A program made the translations under genes and the position numbers. The notes beneath the pieces are model-generated. The model ran no database searches and was not told where the DNA came from. It was given only the letters and a program-made list of their open reading frames with translations. From Sodalis sp. (in: enterobacteria) (GTDB taxonomy: Bacteria; Pseudomonadota; Gammaproteobacteria; Enterobacterales; Enterobacteriaceae), in contig NZ_JBPESN010000001.1 of NCBI RefSeq assembly GCF_051710625.1, positions 2,946 to 66,945 on the forward strand: a stretch of 64,000 nucleotides of DNA. Reading direction: 5' to 3'. This document shows, in pieces, positions 45,386 to 57,945 of this stretch; position 1 is the stretch's first letter, and every line of letters begins with the position of its first letter.

Positions 45386-47959
45386 TTACTGGCTGGCGAC
45401 GATATGATCGTCCTGTAGATCCAGTCTGATGGGTTTGCCCGGCAATAGCTGACCGGACAGGATCTGCTGCGATAACGGGTTTTCGATCTCTTGCTGAATG
45501 GCGCGTTTCAGCGGGCGTGCGCCATAGACGGGATTGAAGCCGGATTTGCCCAGCAGCGCCAACGCCTCATCGCTGATAGTCGTGGTGTAACCTCGTTCTT
45601 CCAAGCGCTGATAAAGACGCTGCAGTTGGATCTGAGCAATCTCGGTAATATGCTCCCGGCTCAGCGGATGGAACACGACAACTTCATCCACACGGTTGAT
45701 AAACTCCGGCCGGAAATGGTGGCTGACCACATCAAGCACCATATCTTCCATTTCCGGATAGTTCATCTGGCCAAAGCGTTTCTGGATAACATCCGAACCC
45801 AGGTTGGAGGTCATGATGACCACGGTATTGCGAAAATCCACCGTGCGTCCCTGACCGTCGGTCAGTCGGCCGTCATCCAATACCTGCAGCAGGATATTGA
45901 AGACGTCAGGATGCGCCTTTTCGATCTCATCCAGCAAAATGACTGAATAAGGACGGCGGCGCACCGCCTCGGTCAGATACCCCCCTTCTTCATAACCGAC
46001 ATAGCCGGGAGGGGCGCCAACCAACCGCGACACCGAATGTTTTTCCATGAATTCAGACATATCGATACGCACCATTGCACCGTCGCTACCGAACAAGAAC
46101 GTGGCCAGCGCTTTACCCGATTCCGTTTTACCTACCCCGGTAGGTCCCAGGAACATGAAGGAGCCGATGGGACGGTTAGGATCCGCCAAGCCGGCACGGC
46201 TGCGGCGAATAGCATTGGAAACCGCTTCCACTGCTTTATTTTGCCCAATGACCCGCTGATGTAAATCCTGCTCCATACGCAGTAGCTTTGCCCGCTCGCT
46301 TTCCAGCATCCGCGAGACCGGAATTCCCGTCCAGCGGGCTAATACTTCGGCAATCTCAATGTCGGTCACGCGATTGCGCAGTAAGCGCATACTTTTGCCT
46401 TCAGCTTGCGAGGCCGCCGCCAGTTGCTTTTCCAACTCGGGAATTTTACCGTATTGCAGCTCGGACATCCGCGCCAGGTCTCCAACGCGCCGCGCCTGTT
46501 CGATCGAGATTTTTGCCTGTTCCAATTCCGCCTTCAAATGCTGGGTGCCCGACAAAGAGGCTTTCTCCGCTTTCCATTCCTCTTCAAGTTCGGAGTAATC
46601 GCGTTCTTTTTGCGCCAGTTCGTCATTAAGCATCGCCAATCGCTTGAGACTGGCGTCATCCGATTCCTTCTTCAGCGCCTGCTGTTCCAGCTTCAACTGG
46701 ATGATCCGGCGATCCAGCCGGTCAAGCTCTTCTGGTTTGGAATCGATCTGCATACGAATGCTGGATGCGGCTTCATCAATAAGATCAATAGCCTTGTCAG
46801 GCAGTTGCCTGTCGGCAATATAGCGATGGGCCAGCGTCGCGGCGGCAACAATGGCCGGATCGGTAATCTGCACATGGTGATGCACCTCATAACGTTCTTT
46901 CAAGCCGCGCAGAATAGCGATGGTATCCTCTACGTTCGGCTCGGCGACAAACACCTTCTGGAAACGCCGTTCTAGCGCGGCGTCCTTCTCGATAAATTTG
47001 CGATATTCATCAAGCGTCGTTGCGCCAACGCAGTGCAGTTCGCCGCGCGCCAATGCAGGTTTGAGCATGTTACCGGCGTCCATCGCGCCATCGGCCTTGC
47101 CGGCGCCTACCATGGTATGCAACTCATCGATAAACAGGATGACATTGCCCTCTTGCTTGGACAGATCGCTTAAAACGCCTTTCAGTCGCTCTTCAAATTC
47201 ACCGCGATATTTCGCGCCCGCCACAAGCGAGCCCATATCCAGCGATAACACCCGGTTGTTCTTAAGGCCTTCGGGTACTTCGCCGTTGACGATACGCTGC
47301 GCCAGCCCTTCAACAATGGCGGTTTTACCTACTCCGGGTTCACCGATGAGGACCGGATTATTTTTGGTGCGCCGCTGGAGCACCTGGATGGTGCGGCGAA
47401 TTTCTTCATCACGCCCGATAACGGGATCAAGTTTGCCCTGTTCGGCGCGCGCGGTCAGGTCGATGGTGAACTTTTTCAGCGCCATACGCTGATCTTCCGC
47501 GCCCTGATCGTCCACCTGCTCGCCGCCGTGCATCTGCTCAATGGCCTGGGTGATGGATGCCGTCGTAGCGCCCGCCGACTTCAGCAGCGCGGCCAACATG
47601 CCGCGCGACTCCAGCGACGCGAGAACGAAGAGTTCGGAAGAGATAAAACTGTCGGTGCGTTTTTGCGCCAGCTTGTCGCACAGGTTCAGCACCCACACCA
47701 GATCTTGCGAAGGCTGAACGTCGCCGCCGGTGCCTTCCACCTGCGGCAAACGCTCGCAGGCCTGTTCCACAGAGCTGATAAACGGCACCACGTTAACCCC
47801 GGCGGATTGCAGCAGCGGACGCACGGTACCGCCCTCCTGCTTTAGCAGGGCCGCCATCACGTGTAGTGGTTCGATAAATTGGTTGTCGCGCCCGAGAGCC
47901 AGGGACTGGGCGTCGGCGAGGGCAAGCTGGAATTTATTGGTAAGACGATCCGGACGCAT
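45386..47959 (-). CDS. clpB: Chaperone/disaggregase ClpB
   Basis: 857 aa from [18 protein letters not shown], colinear with E. coli ClpB, with both Walker A/B pairs present. The ORF-track start at 47980 adds 7 unlikely codons. Confidence 0.95.
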   Translation of the reverse strand: MRPDRLTNKFQLALADAQSLALGRDNQFIEPLHVMAALLKQEGGTVRPLLQSAGVNVVPFISSVEQACERLPQVEGTGGDVQPSQDLVWVLNLCDKLAQKRTDSFISSELFVLASLESRGMLAALLKSAGATTASITQAIEQMHGGEQVDDQGAEDQRMALKKFTIDLTARAEQGKLDPVIGRDEEIRRTIQVLQRRTKNNPVLIGEPGVGKTAIVEGLAQRIVNGEVPEGLKNNRVLSLDMGSLVAGAKYRGEFEERLKGVLSDLSKQEGNVILFIDELHTMVGAGKADGAMDAGNMLKPALARGELHCVGATTLDEYRKFIEKDAALERRFQKVFVAEPNVEDTIAILRGLKERYEVHHHVQITDPAIVAAATLAHRYIADRQLPDKAIDLIDEAASSIRMQIDSKPEELDRLDRRIIQLKLEQQALKKESDDASLKRLAMLNDELAQKERDYSELEEEWKAEKASLSGTQHLKAELEQAKISIEQARRVGDLARMSELQYGKIPELEKQLAAASQAEGKSMRLLRNRVTDIEIAEVLARWTGIPVSRMLESERAKLLRMEQDLHQRVIGQNKAVEAVSNAIRRSRAGLADPNRPIGSFMFLGPTGVGKTESGKALATFLFGSDGAMVRIDMSEFMEKHSVSRLVGAPPGYVGYEEGGYLTEAVRRRPYSVILLDEIEKAHPDVFNILLQVLDDGRLTDGQGRTVDFRNTVVIMTSNLGSDVIQKRFGQMNYPEMEDMVLDVVSHHFRPEFINRVDEVVVFHPLSREHITEIAQIQLQRLYQRLEERGYTTTISDEALALLGKSGFNPVYGARPLKRAIQQEIENPLSQQILSGQLLPGKPIRLDLQDDHIVASQ

Positions 47960-47998
47960 AACTCCTCCCATATTGGTCAAAATTGCTACTCTGGAGAT

Positions 47999-48027
47999 TA
48001 AATAAGGTCGTTTATTTAAAATTCAAG
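47999..48027 (-). promoter_or_regulatory. Candidate sigma-32 heat-shock promoter of clpB (CTTGAAT-13-CCTTATTTA)
   Basis: Read on the minus strand. It matches the sigma-32 consensus CTTGAAA-N13/14-CCCCATNTA at most positions and lies about 40 nt upstream of the start. Confidence 0.5.
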
Positions 48028-48089
48028 GATATTTCGCCAATAAGCTGGAAGATAATTGCTATCCATCCTGGATCGTCTTGGGCAAGAGA

Positions 48090-48740
48090 TTATATCAGCC
48101 AGACCAAGGTTGCCATACGTCCGGTGACACCTTCGCGCCGATAGGAGAAAAAAGTATCGTTTTCCTGCACCGTGCAATGCTGACCGCCATATACGGCGTG
48201 GATCCCGGCCGTCCGCAAACGCAAACGCGCCAGTTGATAGAAATCAGCCAGATATTTTTCGCCTAGGGGGACAAACACATCTGCCGCCGCGGGGTCGTAA
48301 CGGGCAAAGGCATCTTTGACTTCGGCGCCCACTTCAAACGCCTCGGGACCGATGGCCGGCCCCGGCCCCAGCCAGGCGAGAATATCCGCGCGCGGCGTCT
48401 GAAACGCCGCCAGCGTCTGCTCAAGCACGCCGGCGCACAATCCTCGCTGGGCGTCGTCCGGGTGTAAACCGCATCACCACGCATCGGCGGCGGCGGGGCA
48501 CCATTGAGGGTGACCACATCAATACCGTGCCACCTGCGTTACCCGGCGCGGCGCGGCGGGTAAATCTGCCAGCGCCACCAGCCGGCGACGATTTTCCGCC
48601 ACGGCCTCGGGATTATCCCCGACATGGTCGCCTACATTTAGCGAATGCCAGGGCGCGCGGCTCACGCCGCCCTCGCGGGTTGTGCTGCAGGCCCGGACCA
48701 GGGCGGGAGCAGGCCAGTCGGGCAGGATAAGCCGGCTCAC
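48090..48740 (-). pseudogene. yfiH: YfiH/PgeF (laccase-domain, purine nucleoside phosphorylase-like), frameshifted with an internal deletion
   Basis: MSRLILPDWPAP..., then a separate ORF (48090-48440) carrying CAGVLE...LGP.IGP.AFEVG.EV...YLADIYQLAR.RL...TFFSYRR....GRMA...WLI. It is about 80 bp shorter than E. coli yfiH. Confidence 0.8.
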
Positions 48741-49717
48741 AGCCAGTCCATGCTATCTTTGAACAGGTCTGTATCTGCCTTCAACGCCGCTATTAGCGCC
48801 ACCATATCCTGCGGCAGCGGCGCATGCCACTCCATTTCAATCGAAGTAATGGGATGGTATAGCCGCAGCAGGGTGGCATGCAGCGCCTGGCGATCGAAAC
48901 TGCGCAGCACCTCATTGAAAGCATCGGAAGCCCCCTTCGGCGGTCGCGGGCGCCCGCCGTAAAGCGGATCGCCTACCAGCGGATGATTGATATGCGCCAT
49001 CTGCACGCGGATCTGATGCGTTCGTCCGGTTTCCAGACGCAACCGCAGACGCGTATGGGCGCGGAAGTGCTTCATTATACGGTAATAGGTCACCGCCGGC
49101 TTGCCCATCGGGTGCACCGCCATATGCGTCCGCTTGGTAGCGTGGCGCGCGATCGGCTGCTCCACGGTGCCGCCGGCGGTCATGGTGCCGATAGCGACCG
49201 CTTCGTATTCGCGGGTAATTTCCCGCGCCTGCAGCGACTCCACCAGACGAGTCTGCGCCGGCACGGTTTTGGCCACCACCATTAGGCCGGTCGTGTCTTT
49301 GTCCAGACGATGCACGATACCTGCACGAGGAACATCCACAATGGGCGGAAAATAATGCAGCAGCGCATTCAACACGGTGCCATCGGCATTGCCGGCGCCG
49401 GGATGCACGACCAGATAACGCGGTTTATTGATGACGAGAATATCGTCATCTTCATAAACGATATTTAGCGGTATAGCTTGCGCTTCCCAGTGCGGCACTT
49501 CTTCGATAACCGCCTGTATTTCAACATATTCACCGCCAAGCATTTTTTCTTTGGGGACTGCCGTGACCTGTCCGTTCACCCGCACCAGGCCGTCAAGGAT
49601 CCAGGCTTTTATCCGCGATCGTGAATAATCAGGGAACAATTCCGCCAAAGCCTGATCTAAACGTTGCCCGAGTTGTGATTCGCTCACCGTTCCGGTGAGG
49701 TGTTGATGCTGTGCCAT
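48737..49717 (-). CDS. rluD: 23S rRNA pseudouridine(1911/1915/1917) synthase
   Basis: 326 aa from MAQHQHLTGTVSESQLGQRLDQ, colinear with E. coli RluD. The longer ORF-track version (to 49906) runs into the IS. Confidence 0.95.
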   Translation of the reverse strand: MAQHQHLTGTVSESQLGQRLDQALAELFPDYSRSRIKAWILDGLVRVNGQVTAVPKEKMLGGEYVEIQAVIEEVPHWEAQAIPLNIVYEDDDILVINKPRYLVVHPGAGNADGTVLNALLHYFPPIVDVPRAGIVHRLDKDTTGLMVVAKTVPAQTRLVESLQAREITREYEAVAIGTMTAGGTVEQPIARHATKRTHMAVHPMGKPAVTYYRIMKHFRAHTRLRLRLETGRTHQIRVQMAHINHPLVGDPLYGGRPRPPKGASDAFNEVLRSFDRQALHATLLRLYHPITSIEMEWHAPLPQDMVALIAALKADTDLFKDSMDWL

Positions 49718-49905
49718 ATAAGGTATCTTCGTTAACGTTGGGTTTTCACAGCGATGCCGTTTAAAATAGTATGCTATTGTAGCTGGTCTCATCCGGGAGC
49801 TAAACGGACACTCTCCCGGACCAACACTCTGAGTGTGGTGGCATACTGAATTTGGCCACCTGAACAGAGGTGATATGCTCACCTCAGAACAACACGGGTG
49901 CACCA

Positions 49906-51074
<1,169 letters not shown>

Positions 51075-51082
51075 CCACTACA

Positions 51083-51229
51083 ATCTCCGAAGGGGAGTAG
51101 CTGGAGAAGCTTGACGCCCGCCTTAGCTATAGATTTTGCAATCAATTCTGGACTGTCCAAAATAGTCATTTTTTAGGGTTTAAGGGAGCCCAGAATTGTC
51201 TGCGAATTAGTCCAGAATATTTTGCATCA
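51083..51229 (+). repeat. Orphan Mu-type right-end remnant (attR), truncated on the left by IS copy 4
   Basis: Ends ...TTAGTCCAGAATATTTTGCATCA. Read inward it is TGATGCAAAATATTCTGGACT, with the same TTCTGGACT core as the left ends. Further copies are CAGAATTG (51191) and an oppositely oriented TTCTGGACTG (51138). Confidence 0.5.
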
Positions 51230-51737
51230 CTACGGACTACGCTGCATCAACAGGGTATCTACCCAACGGTTATGTTTAAAGCCCACCGCCGTCAGCTGTC
51301 CTATCAATTGAAAGCCGAGCTTTTGATGCAAACGTAACGAGGCATGATTTTCCGCATTGCCGATAATCGCCAGCATCTGACGCCAGCCACCCTGTTCCGC
51401 CCGGGTAATGGCCTCGCGCAGCAGTAACGAGCCGAGCTCGCGTCCGGATGTGGCCGGATGAATATACACGGAATCCTCGATGGTGAAACGGTAGGCGTAA
51501 CGGGGACGATAAGGGGAAAGATAACAATAGCCCAGCAGTTCGCCGTCTTGCCGGGCCGCAAGCCAAGGCAGCCCTTGCGCCTTTACTTGCGGTATAGCGG
51601 CCCATCATATCGTTTAGCGACGGCGGCTCGGTCTTGAAACTGGCGATACCGTGTTGCACATGCCAGGCATAGATATCACGAATAGCAAGCAGATCCGCTT
51701 CTTGGGCATCGCTGATGAGAATAGCCGAATGTGTCAC
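51230..51737 (-). pseudogene. GNAT acetyltransferase (phosphinothricin/YncA-like), frameshifted
   Basis: LISDAQEADLLAIRDIYAWHVQHGIASF.TEPPSL..M, then YIHPATSGRELGSLLLREAI...ENHASLRLHQKLGFQLIGQL..VGFKHNRWVDTLLMQR in another frame. The stop codon abuts the phage end. Confidence 0.7.
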
Positions 51738-52198
51738 TGTACCCTCTGATAGATGTTCTGTTGTTAATAACAGATAACACGAATAATGATTAAACCTAGC
51801 CTCGACAAACTATCAGCGCCATAACGAAAATGTCGTCGCAGCTAAACGCCAACGTGGTTTGCCTGTCCCCCAAATTTTGGCGGTGGCAACCGGCCGTTTT
51901 CCGACATCCTCGCTAGCCGTTATTAGCGCTGTCGGGTCGTGACGATATTCAATGAGCGTGCTACTGATTAAGGTGCGGTATAGGGCGATCACTAAATCAA
52001 AAATGGATCACATGTTTTGCATGTAACAAATGTAATAAGCACCACCATATTCCCGTTGCAACCCTTTTTTGTTAAACTCAAACGGCTGATAATATTATTG
52101 CCTGGTGAGCTGATGACCCATGGAAGAGACGTCATCGCACACGTGTATGGCCTCAAGTAGTTAGCGTCGTAATAAACCATAGGGACAGTGAGAAAACA

Positions 52199-52465
52199 AT
52201 GAATATTGCGCATTATCTCGAATTGCAGGGCATGAAAAAAGGCAGACTGGAGGGATTGATGGAAAGCATGCGCAAAGGGATGCTTAAGGGCATGGACAAG
52301 GGCAGGTTGGAAGGCAAGAAAGAAGATCGCAGACAAGCCACGCGCAGTATCGCCATGCATTTACTGGCGGGCGCTGTCGATCGTACGCTCATCAAAAACT
52401 GCACCGGGCTGACCAAAAAAGAACTGCAGCATCTGCATGCGGAATATTTCATGAAATTAGTTTAA
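52199..52465 (+). CDS. Stand-alone Rpn (YhgA-like) C-terminal-domain-like protein
   Basis: The 88-aa product reads NIAHYLELQGMKKGRLEGLMESMRKGMLKGMDKGRLEGKKEDRRQATRSIAMHLLAGAVDRTLIKNCTGLTKKELQHL. This reproduces the repetitive (K/E)G-x3 region plus the IA..LL..G.D...I...TGL...E tail of Rpn proteins. No nuclease domain is recognisable upstream. Confidence 0.45.
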   Translation: MNIAHYLELQGMKKGRLEGLMESMRKGMLKGMDKGRLEGKKEDRRQATRSIAMHLLAGAVDRTLIKNCTGLTKKELQHLHAEYFMKLV

Positions 52466-52928
52466 TAGGGTCTTTACTTTATTTTATTCGTCGTTAAAAT
52501 GGGAGGACGCGTTCATTCTGTTAAACGTGAATAGTTAGTTTTACTTAATAATTATTAATAACGTCGGAATAACCGAAAACCAAAACTAAATTAAGGTGAT
52601 TCTGAATTGTTATCGCTCGCAGGCTAAGAATGAAGCCTGCGACTTAAACAATAAGTGGCTAAAATATTTCCAAATAAACGCTAAATGCGTTGGTTATATA
52701 ACATATAAAGGCGACAGTATAGTTTAATTTCTAGCCCGCTGTAAGCAACTGAGTAATGAAGGGTTTTATTAATGGGGAAAGGAAGTTTAATCCCGCGGTG
52801 GATTGTATTAGATCTATTCTTTCGACCAGTGGTCAGAATAATCAATTTCCGTAATTTAGTTAATTTGTAACTAAAATGGGAGGGTATCTAACCTTTCGCG
52901 CGCGGCACCTCGCTTTCTCAAGTATATA

Positions 52929-54353
52929 TTACTTCTGACGCAGGGTTCTCATCTCGTCTCTCGTCGGTGATGAGTAAGCCGCGTTGCGGGCGCCTGCCCG
53001 ATAGGATTTTGGCAAAAGCAACGCCGCCATCAACGTTAATAACGCCGCCAGCGATAGCCAGACGCCAGGCAGCGCATTATCCCCGTTCTCATGGATAAGC
53101 ACGCTGGCGATGGCGGGGGTGAAGCCGCCAAAAATCGCCATCGCTAAACTGTAGGCCATGGAAAAACCGGTGGCGCGTACGGCGAGGGGCATAATCTCCG
53201 TCAGCGCCACCACCATAGCCGCGTTATAGCCGGCGTAAAGAAAAGAAAGCCAGAGTTCCGCGCTAATGAGACGCGGCAAGGAGGGCGCGGCCGCCAGCCA
53301 GTACAATACCGGATAGGCCGTCAGCGACATCAGACTGGTAAAGGTCAACAAAAGTGGGCGGCGGCCGATTTTATCCGATAGCGCGCTCATCAGCGGCAGC
53401 CAGAAAAGATTGGAGAGGCCCACGCCAAGCGTGACGATAAAACTTTCCTCGGCGCTGAAATGCAGTAGCGCTTTGCCATAGGTAGGCGTGAACGCGGTGA
53501 TCATATAAAACGAGACGGTGGTGGTGGCGACCATGCATACGCCCAGGCCGATTAGCGGCCAACTGCGCGCCACGGAGCGAAAAATCTCGCGGGTGTGCGG
53601 CGGAGGCCGGCGCTTTTGAAAAGCCTCGCTTTCCTCCAGCATACGGCGGATCCAGAACAGGCAGGGCGGGATTATACAGCCGACGATGAAGAAAATACGC
53701 TAGCCCCAACGCGACATCATATTCTCGCTGATATAACGATTGAGCGCCATGCCCGACAGGGCGGCGAAAATGACCGCCAACTGCTGGCTGGCGGATTGCC
53801 AGCTGATGTACAACCCTTTTCTGCCGACGGGCGCAATTTCCGCCAGATAGACCGATACCCCTCCCAGCTCAACTCCCGCGGAAACCCCCTGCAATAGTCT
53901 GCTGGCCAACACCAACACCAACACCAACACCAACACCAACACCAACACCAACACCAACACCAACACCAACACCAACACCAACACCAACACCAACACCAAC
54001 ACCAACACCAGCAGAGCGAGCATGGCGTAGCCGGGCACGCAGGCAATGGTCAGCGTACCGAACGCCATAAGTCCAAGCGTCAGCACCAGTCCGGCGCGGC
54101 GGCCGCAGCGATCGATATAGACGCCAAGTACCAGCGCACCCAGAGGACGCATCAGAAATCCGGCGCCGAACGTCATCGTGGTCAACATCAATGAGGCGAG
54201 GGGTGTGCTGGCAGGAAAAAAGGTGGCGGCAATGGCGCTGGCGTAATAGCCAAATACCATGAAATCATGCATTTCAAGGAAGTTACAGCTGATCACTCTG
54301 AACACGTTAATAAAGCCGGCCTGCCGGGCCGGTGCGCTAGAGGGGGTAGGCAT
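52929..54353 (-). pseudogene. MHS-family MFS transporter (citrate/tricarballylate-proton symporter-like), with an amber stop and an internal repeat expansion
   Basis: Shows [40 protein letters not shown] and E.F..R. in order. A single in-frame TAG at 53700-53702 replaces the W of WGWRI. Confidence 0.8.
53906..54010. repeat. Hexanucleotide microsatellite (ACCAAC)n, ~17.5 units, encoding (Leu-Val)n inside the transporter gene
   Basis: Counted directly. Perfect period-6 tract of 105 nt, in frame. Confidence 0.95.
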
Positions 54354-54725
54354 ATTCACTGCTCCGGAATTGTACCGCGGGGGCGGCGTTATACGTGGGT
54401 CGTCAAACGGCCGCGCTGTCGCCCCGGTCGTTATGCTGGAGTATAAGCGGCCTGAAACAGGGCGGAATGTAGAATGATGTTGCAAATTAGGGCAATAACG
54501 GCGGCGGTGGTTTTGTTCGGCCTGTCGCGCATTTAGCCTGTGTCGGCCATGTCGTTTTACGGTAAACTTTGCGGCGAGGTTAGCGTTGCAATGAATTTTC
54601 CTCGCCAAGCGTTGTCGAAAATCTTCGCAACCCGGTGGAGCATGATGCCCGCAGTCCGGTGTCTTTGTTGCCTTAGACGGCTCCACACGGGCAATACATC
54701 GCCCAGTACAGGAACCTATTCCGGC

Positions 54726-55698
54726 ATGGAACGAAGATCATTTATCAAAGCGTCCCTGGCGCTGGCCGACTACCGCTTCGTCATTTACTGCGAACCGCAG
54801 CGCGTCATGATGGATATCGAAAAACATATTTATGCCCGCAGCGATATCAAGCAGCTCGGCATCTTGCCTATGACCAGCATGTTCAGCTGCGGCACTAACG
54901 AGCGCCGTATGTGCGATACCATTCATCCGCAAATCCACGACTCCGATCGCCTGGCGATGTGGCGCGGCAACGGTGAATGGGTCTGTCGTCCGCTGAATAA
55001 TCTGCAGAAATTGCAGTTTAACGCCTATCAGGATGGGAATCCGAAAGGGTTCGGCCTGTTGCAGTTAGATCATAATTTTGAAAACTATCAGAATGTTATT
55101 GGTTGGTATAACCAGCGTCCCAACCTATGGGTGGAGCCTGTCGGGTCTTGGGGCAAAGGTAGTGTTAATCTGCTGGAAATCCCGACCACCGGCGAGACGC
55201 TGGATAATATCGTGTGTTCTGGCAGCCCACCGAGCCGATTAAGGCCGGTAATGAATACAGTTTCCGCTATCGGTTGTACTGGAGCGGCGAGCCGCCCGTC
55301 AACACAGTCCGCTGGCCCGGGTTAAGGCGACCCGTACCGGCATGGGCGGTTTTCCTGAAGGTTGGGCCCCCGGTGAACACTTCCCGGATACCTGGGCGCG
55401 CCGTTTTGGCGTCGACTTCGTTGGCGGGCAGTTAAAAGCGTCGGCGGATAAGGGCATTGAGCCGGTTATTACTCTTTTCAGCGGTAAGGTGAGCAATATT
55501 GAAATCCTATACGTGAAGCCGATGGACGGTTACCGCACTTTGTTCGACTGGACGTCGACCAGCGATGCCGTCGATCTGGTCGAGCTGCGCATGTTCCTGC
55601 GCATCGGGCAGGAGGTGCTGAGCGAAACCTGGCTGTACCAATATTTCCCGCCGCCGCCGGATAAACGCAAGTATATCGACGATCGCACGATGAGCTGA
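54726..55698 (+). pseudogene. opgD: Glucans biosynthesis protein D, with an internal deletion of ~245 codons plus frameshifts
   Basis: The Tat-type start [14 protein letters not shown] is joined directly to ...[46 protein letters not shown]..., near-identical to the E. coli OpgD C-half. The frame changes near 55215 and 55330. Confidence 0.85.
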
Positions 55699-55739
55699 AG
55701 CCCGCGCAGCGGGGTGTTTACCGGCCAGGGCCGCAGGGT

Positions 55740-56570
55740 CTAGCGGGTAGGGGCGGCGGCCTTGATGATGCGCTGCTGTACGATCCAGTGTCCTTTCGAT
55801 GTCAGAAGCACCGGCAAATCGCTTTTTAGCTGTATGCCAAAATCGGTGTCATGCCACATCACTTCCAGTGCGCTCTGCGACAAGGCGCCGTGCATTGATT
55901 GGCTTACCAGTGTCATAGCGCCGGCGGGGTCGCATTTTAGATCGGCGTCCGCGCGCAGTAATGCCGTCAAGAGCCCGTTGACCACCGCCGGTTTATCGTT
56001 AATAACGATCCGTGACGCCGCCAGCAGAAAATGGGATTGATAGCTGTCGCTTTTCAAGTCATGATAGTCCTCTCCCAGCGCTTTGCGCGCCACGCTTTCG
56101 ACGCCGGCAAAAGACACGATGGCCTGGATATCACCGTGCAGGAGCGCGGGAATAAAATCCACCGGCGCCACGTTGACCTGCTCGGTGCTCACCTTGGCCG
56201 CACTCAAAAGTTGACTGAGGTGGTAGTCGGTGTTGGTGCCAAGGGGCGTACCGATCTTCAGCCCGGCTAAATCGCTGACGGCGCGCAGCGGGGTGTATTT
56301 GGGCGAGCTGATGACGCGCGTTCCCCGGTAGCGGGCGACGTCGGCGACGATGCCAAAGGGTTGCTGGCGCAGTGCGCCGGTGATGGCCGGAAATTCCGTG
56401 AGGGTAGCGATGTCCACTCGTCCGCCCAGCAGCGCCTTGAAGGCTTCCCGGCCGCTCGGAAAATTAATCTGCTGCACCTTGGTGCCGCTAAAAATGATTC
56501 GTTATCGGCGGCACGTTTCGGCCGGCTTTCGTTCGGATTTACTAATAGCGGCATGCCTGGTATCATTCCT
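55740..56570 (-). pseudogene. ABC transporter substrate-binding protein (NMT1/SsuA-TauA-like), N-terminus lost
   Basis: A 245-aa ORF with no signal peptide. The upstream continuation is in another frame and overlaps the ATPase 3' end. Confidence 0.6.
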
Positions 56571-56579
56571 GCGTTGCCG

Positions 56580-57314
56580 TTATGTCTGCGTCAATGCGTT
56601 TCGTGCGTTGACCACGTCGACTGCGCCGGCGGCTTCACGTTGGCGACGACGCATCGCCTCAGGACGGTAATGCCAGCGGCCGCAGCAGTGACAAAATTCC
56701 TTCGCGGATATCCAGCAAATCAGCATTCTCGCGATTAAGCGGCTGCGGATGATTTTACCCGGCGCGGCGGACATCGCCTCAATGCGGTCCGCCAGCAGTA
56801 AAGCCTCACCCACATCGTAGGTGATAAACAGCACCGTTGCTCGGTGTTTTTGGCACACGCGCAACAGCAGATCCCACATCACCACCCGCTGTTTCTGTCC
56901 GCCGGATAATTGTCCGGGGTAATGATGGCCTAGCGAGGCAGGACCTACTTCTTCCAGCGTAGCCAATGCACGCTGATGCAGTTCCGCGCGGGGTAATTTA
57001 AAACGGTTCAGCGCGAACTTTACGTTGCCCAGCGCCGTCAGCCAGAGGAAAAGCGCGTAGTGCTGAAATATGACGCCGACTTCCGCACAAGGCCCGTTCA
57101 ACACGAGTCCATCAATGCGGATTTCCCCGCTGGCGGGAGGAATAAACCCGGCGACGGCGTTCAATAATGTCGATTTGCCGCAGCCGGACGGTCCGATGAT
57201 GGCGCTAAAGGTACCCGGCGCCAAGTCCAGGCGGGTAACGTCGAGCGCCAATGGCGGCTGACGCCGGCCGCCATAGCGGATACTGATATCGTCAATCACA
57301 ACGTGGCCTGACAT
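56580..57314 (-). pseudogene. ABC transporter ATP-binding protein (NitT/TauT family), Walker B region deleted
   Basis: GPSGCGKSTLLN and LSGGQKQRV are present, but the signature is followed directly by ...ATVLFITYDVGEALLLADRI. The about 25 residues that include the Walker B motif are missing. Confidence 0.7.
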
Positions 57315-57333
57315 GATGCTATCCTTCCCCGGA

Positions 57334-57945
57334 TTAATGCTGTTGCCAATGCAACAGACGACGCCCGATGCGATGAATAAGCGCATCCATCAGCGCGCCG
57401 AGAATGCCCAGCTCGATAAGCAGGGCGAACATGCGATCGGTACTGATATATTATCGGGCTTCCTGTAAGCAGTAACCGATGCCGGAGGACGCACCGGATA
57501 ATTCGTCCGCCGCCAGGCTCAAAAAAGCCAGAACAACGCCCAGACGGATACCGGTAAAGATATGCGGGGCAGCCGCTGAAATCACCACCACCAAAAATTC
57601 CCGCGTCCGGCTGGACCCGAGCGAGCGCGCGGCGCGCAAGTATATTTTCGGGACATATCCCATGCCGTAGTGAGTATTGAACCACACCGTTAAAAAGACC
57701 GTGTAGGCGATAACGAAATACTTCGATCCCTCGCCGATGCCGAACCAGACAATGGCGACCGGAATCAGCGCGATGGCCGGAATAGGTCGCATCAAATTCA
57801 AAAACGGTGCCAGCAGCGGGCGGAATATCGCCATCCGTCCGGTTAGTAACCCGGTTAACCCCCAGGCTGGCGCCGAGAGCAAAGCCCGCGGCCGCCCTGC
57901 CGGCCGAAACGGCCAAATCGCTTTGCAGTACGCCGCTGCGAGCCA
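57334..57945 (-). pseudogene. ABC transporter permease (SsuC/TauC-like), 5'-truncated and frameshifted
   Basis: LLAPFLNLMRPIPAIALIPVAIVWFGIGEGSKYF and RAARSLG. The tail is in another frame and ends at 57334. Boundaries are approximate. Confidence 0.6.

Noticed and set aside
53906-54010. Possible CRISPR array or other spaced-repeat locus (also considered for the repeated IS ends).
   Set aside because: The tract is a contiguous period-6 microsatellite with no spacers. The other repeats are IS termini 1.25 kb apart. I recognised no cas genes in the window.
53717-54046. An ORF encoding a (Trp-Cys)n repeat protein.
   Set aside because: It is simply the alternative reading frame of the hexanucleotide tract. 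The flanking sequence in the Leu-Val frame matches an MHS transporter.
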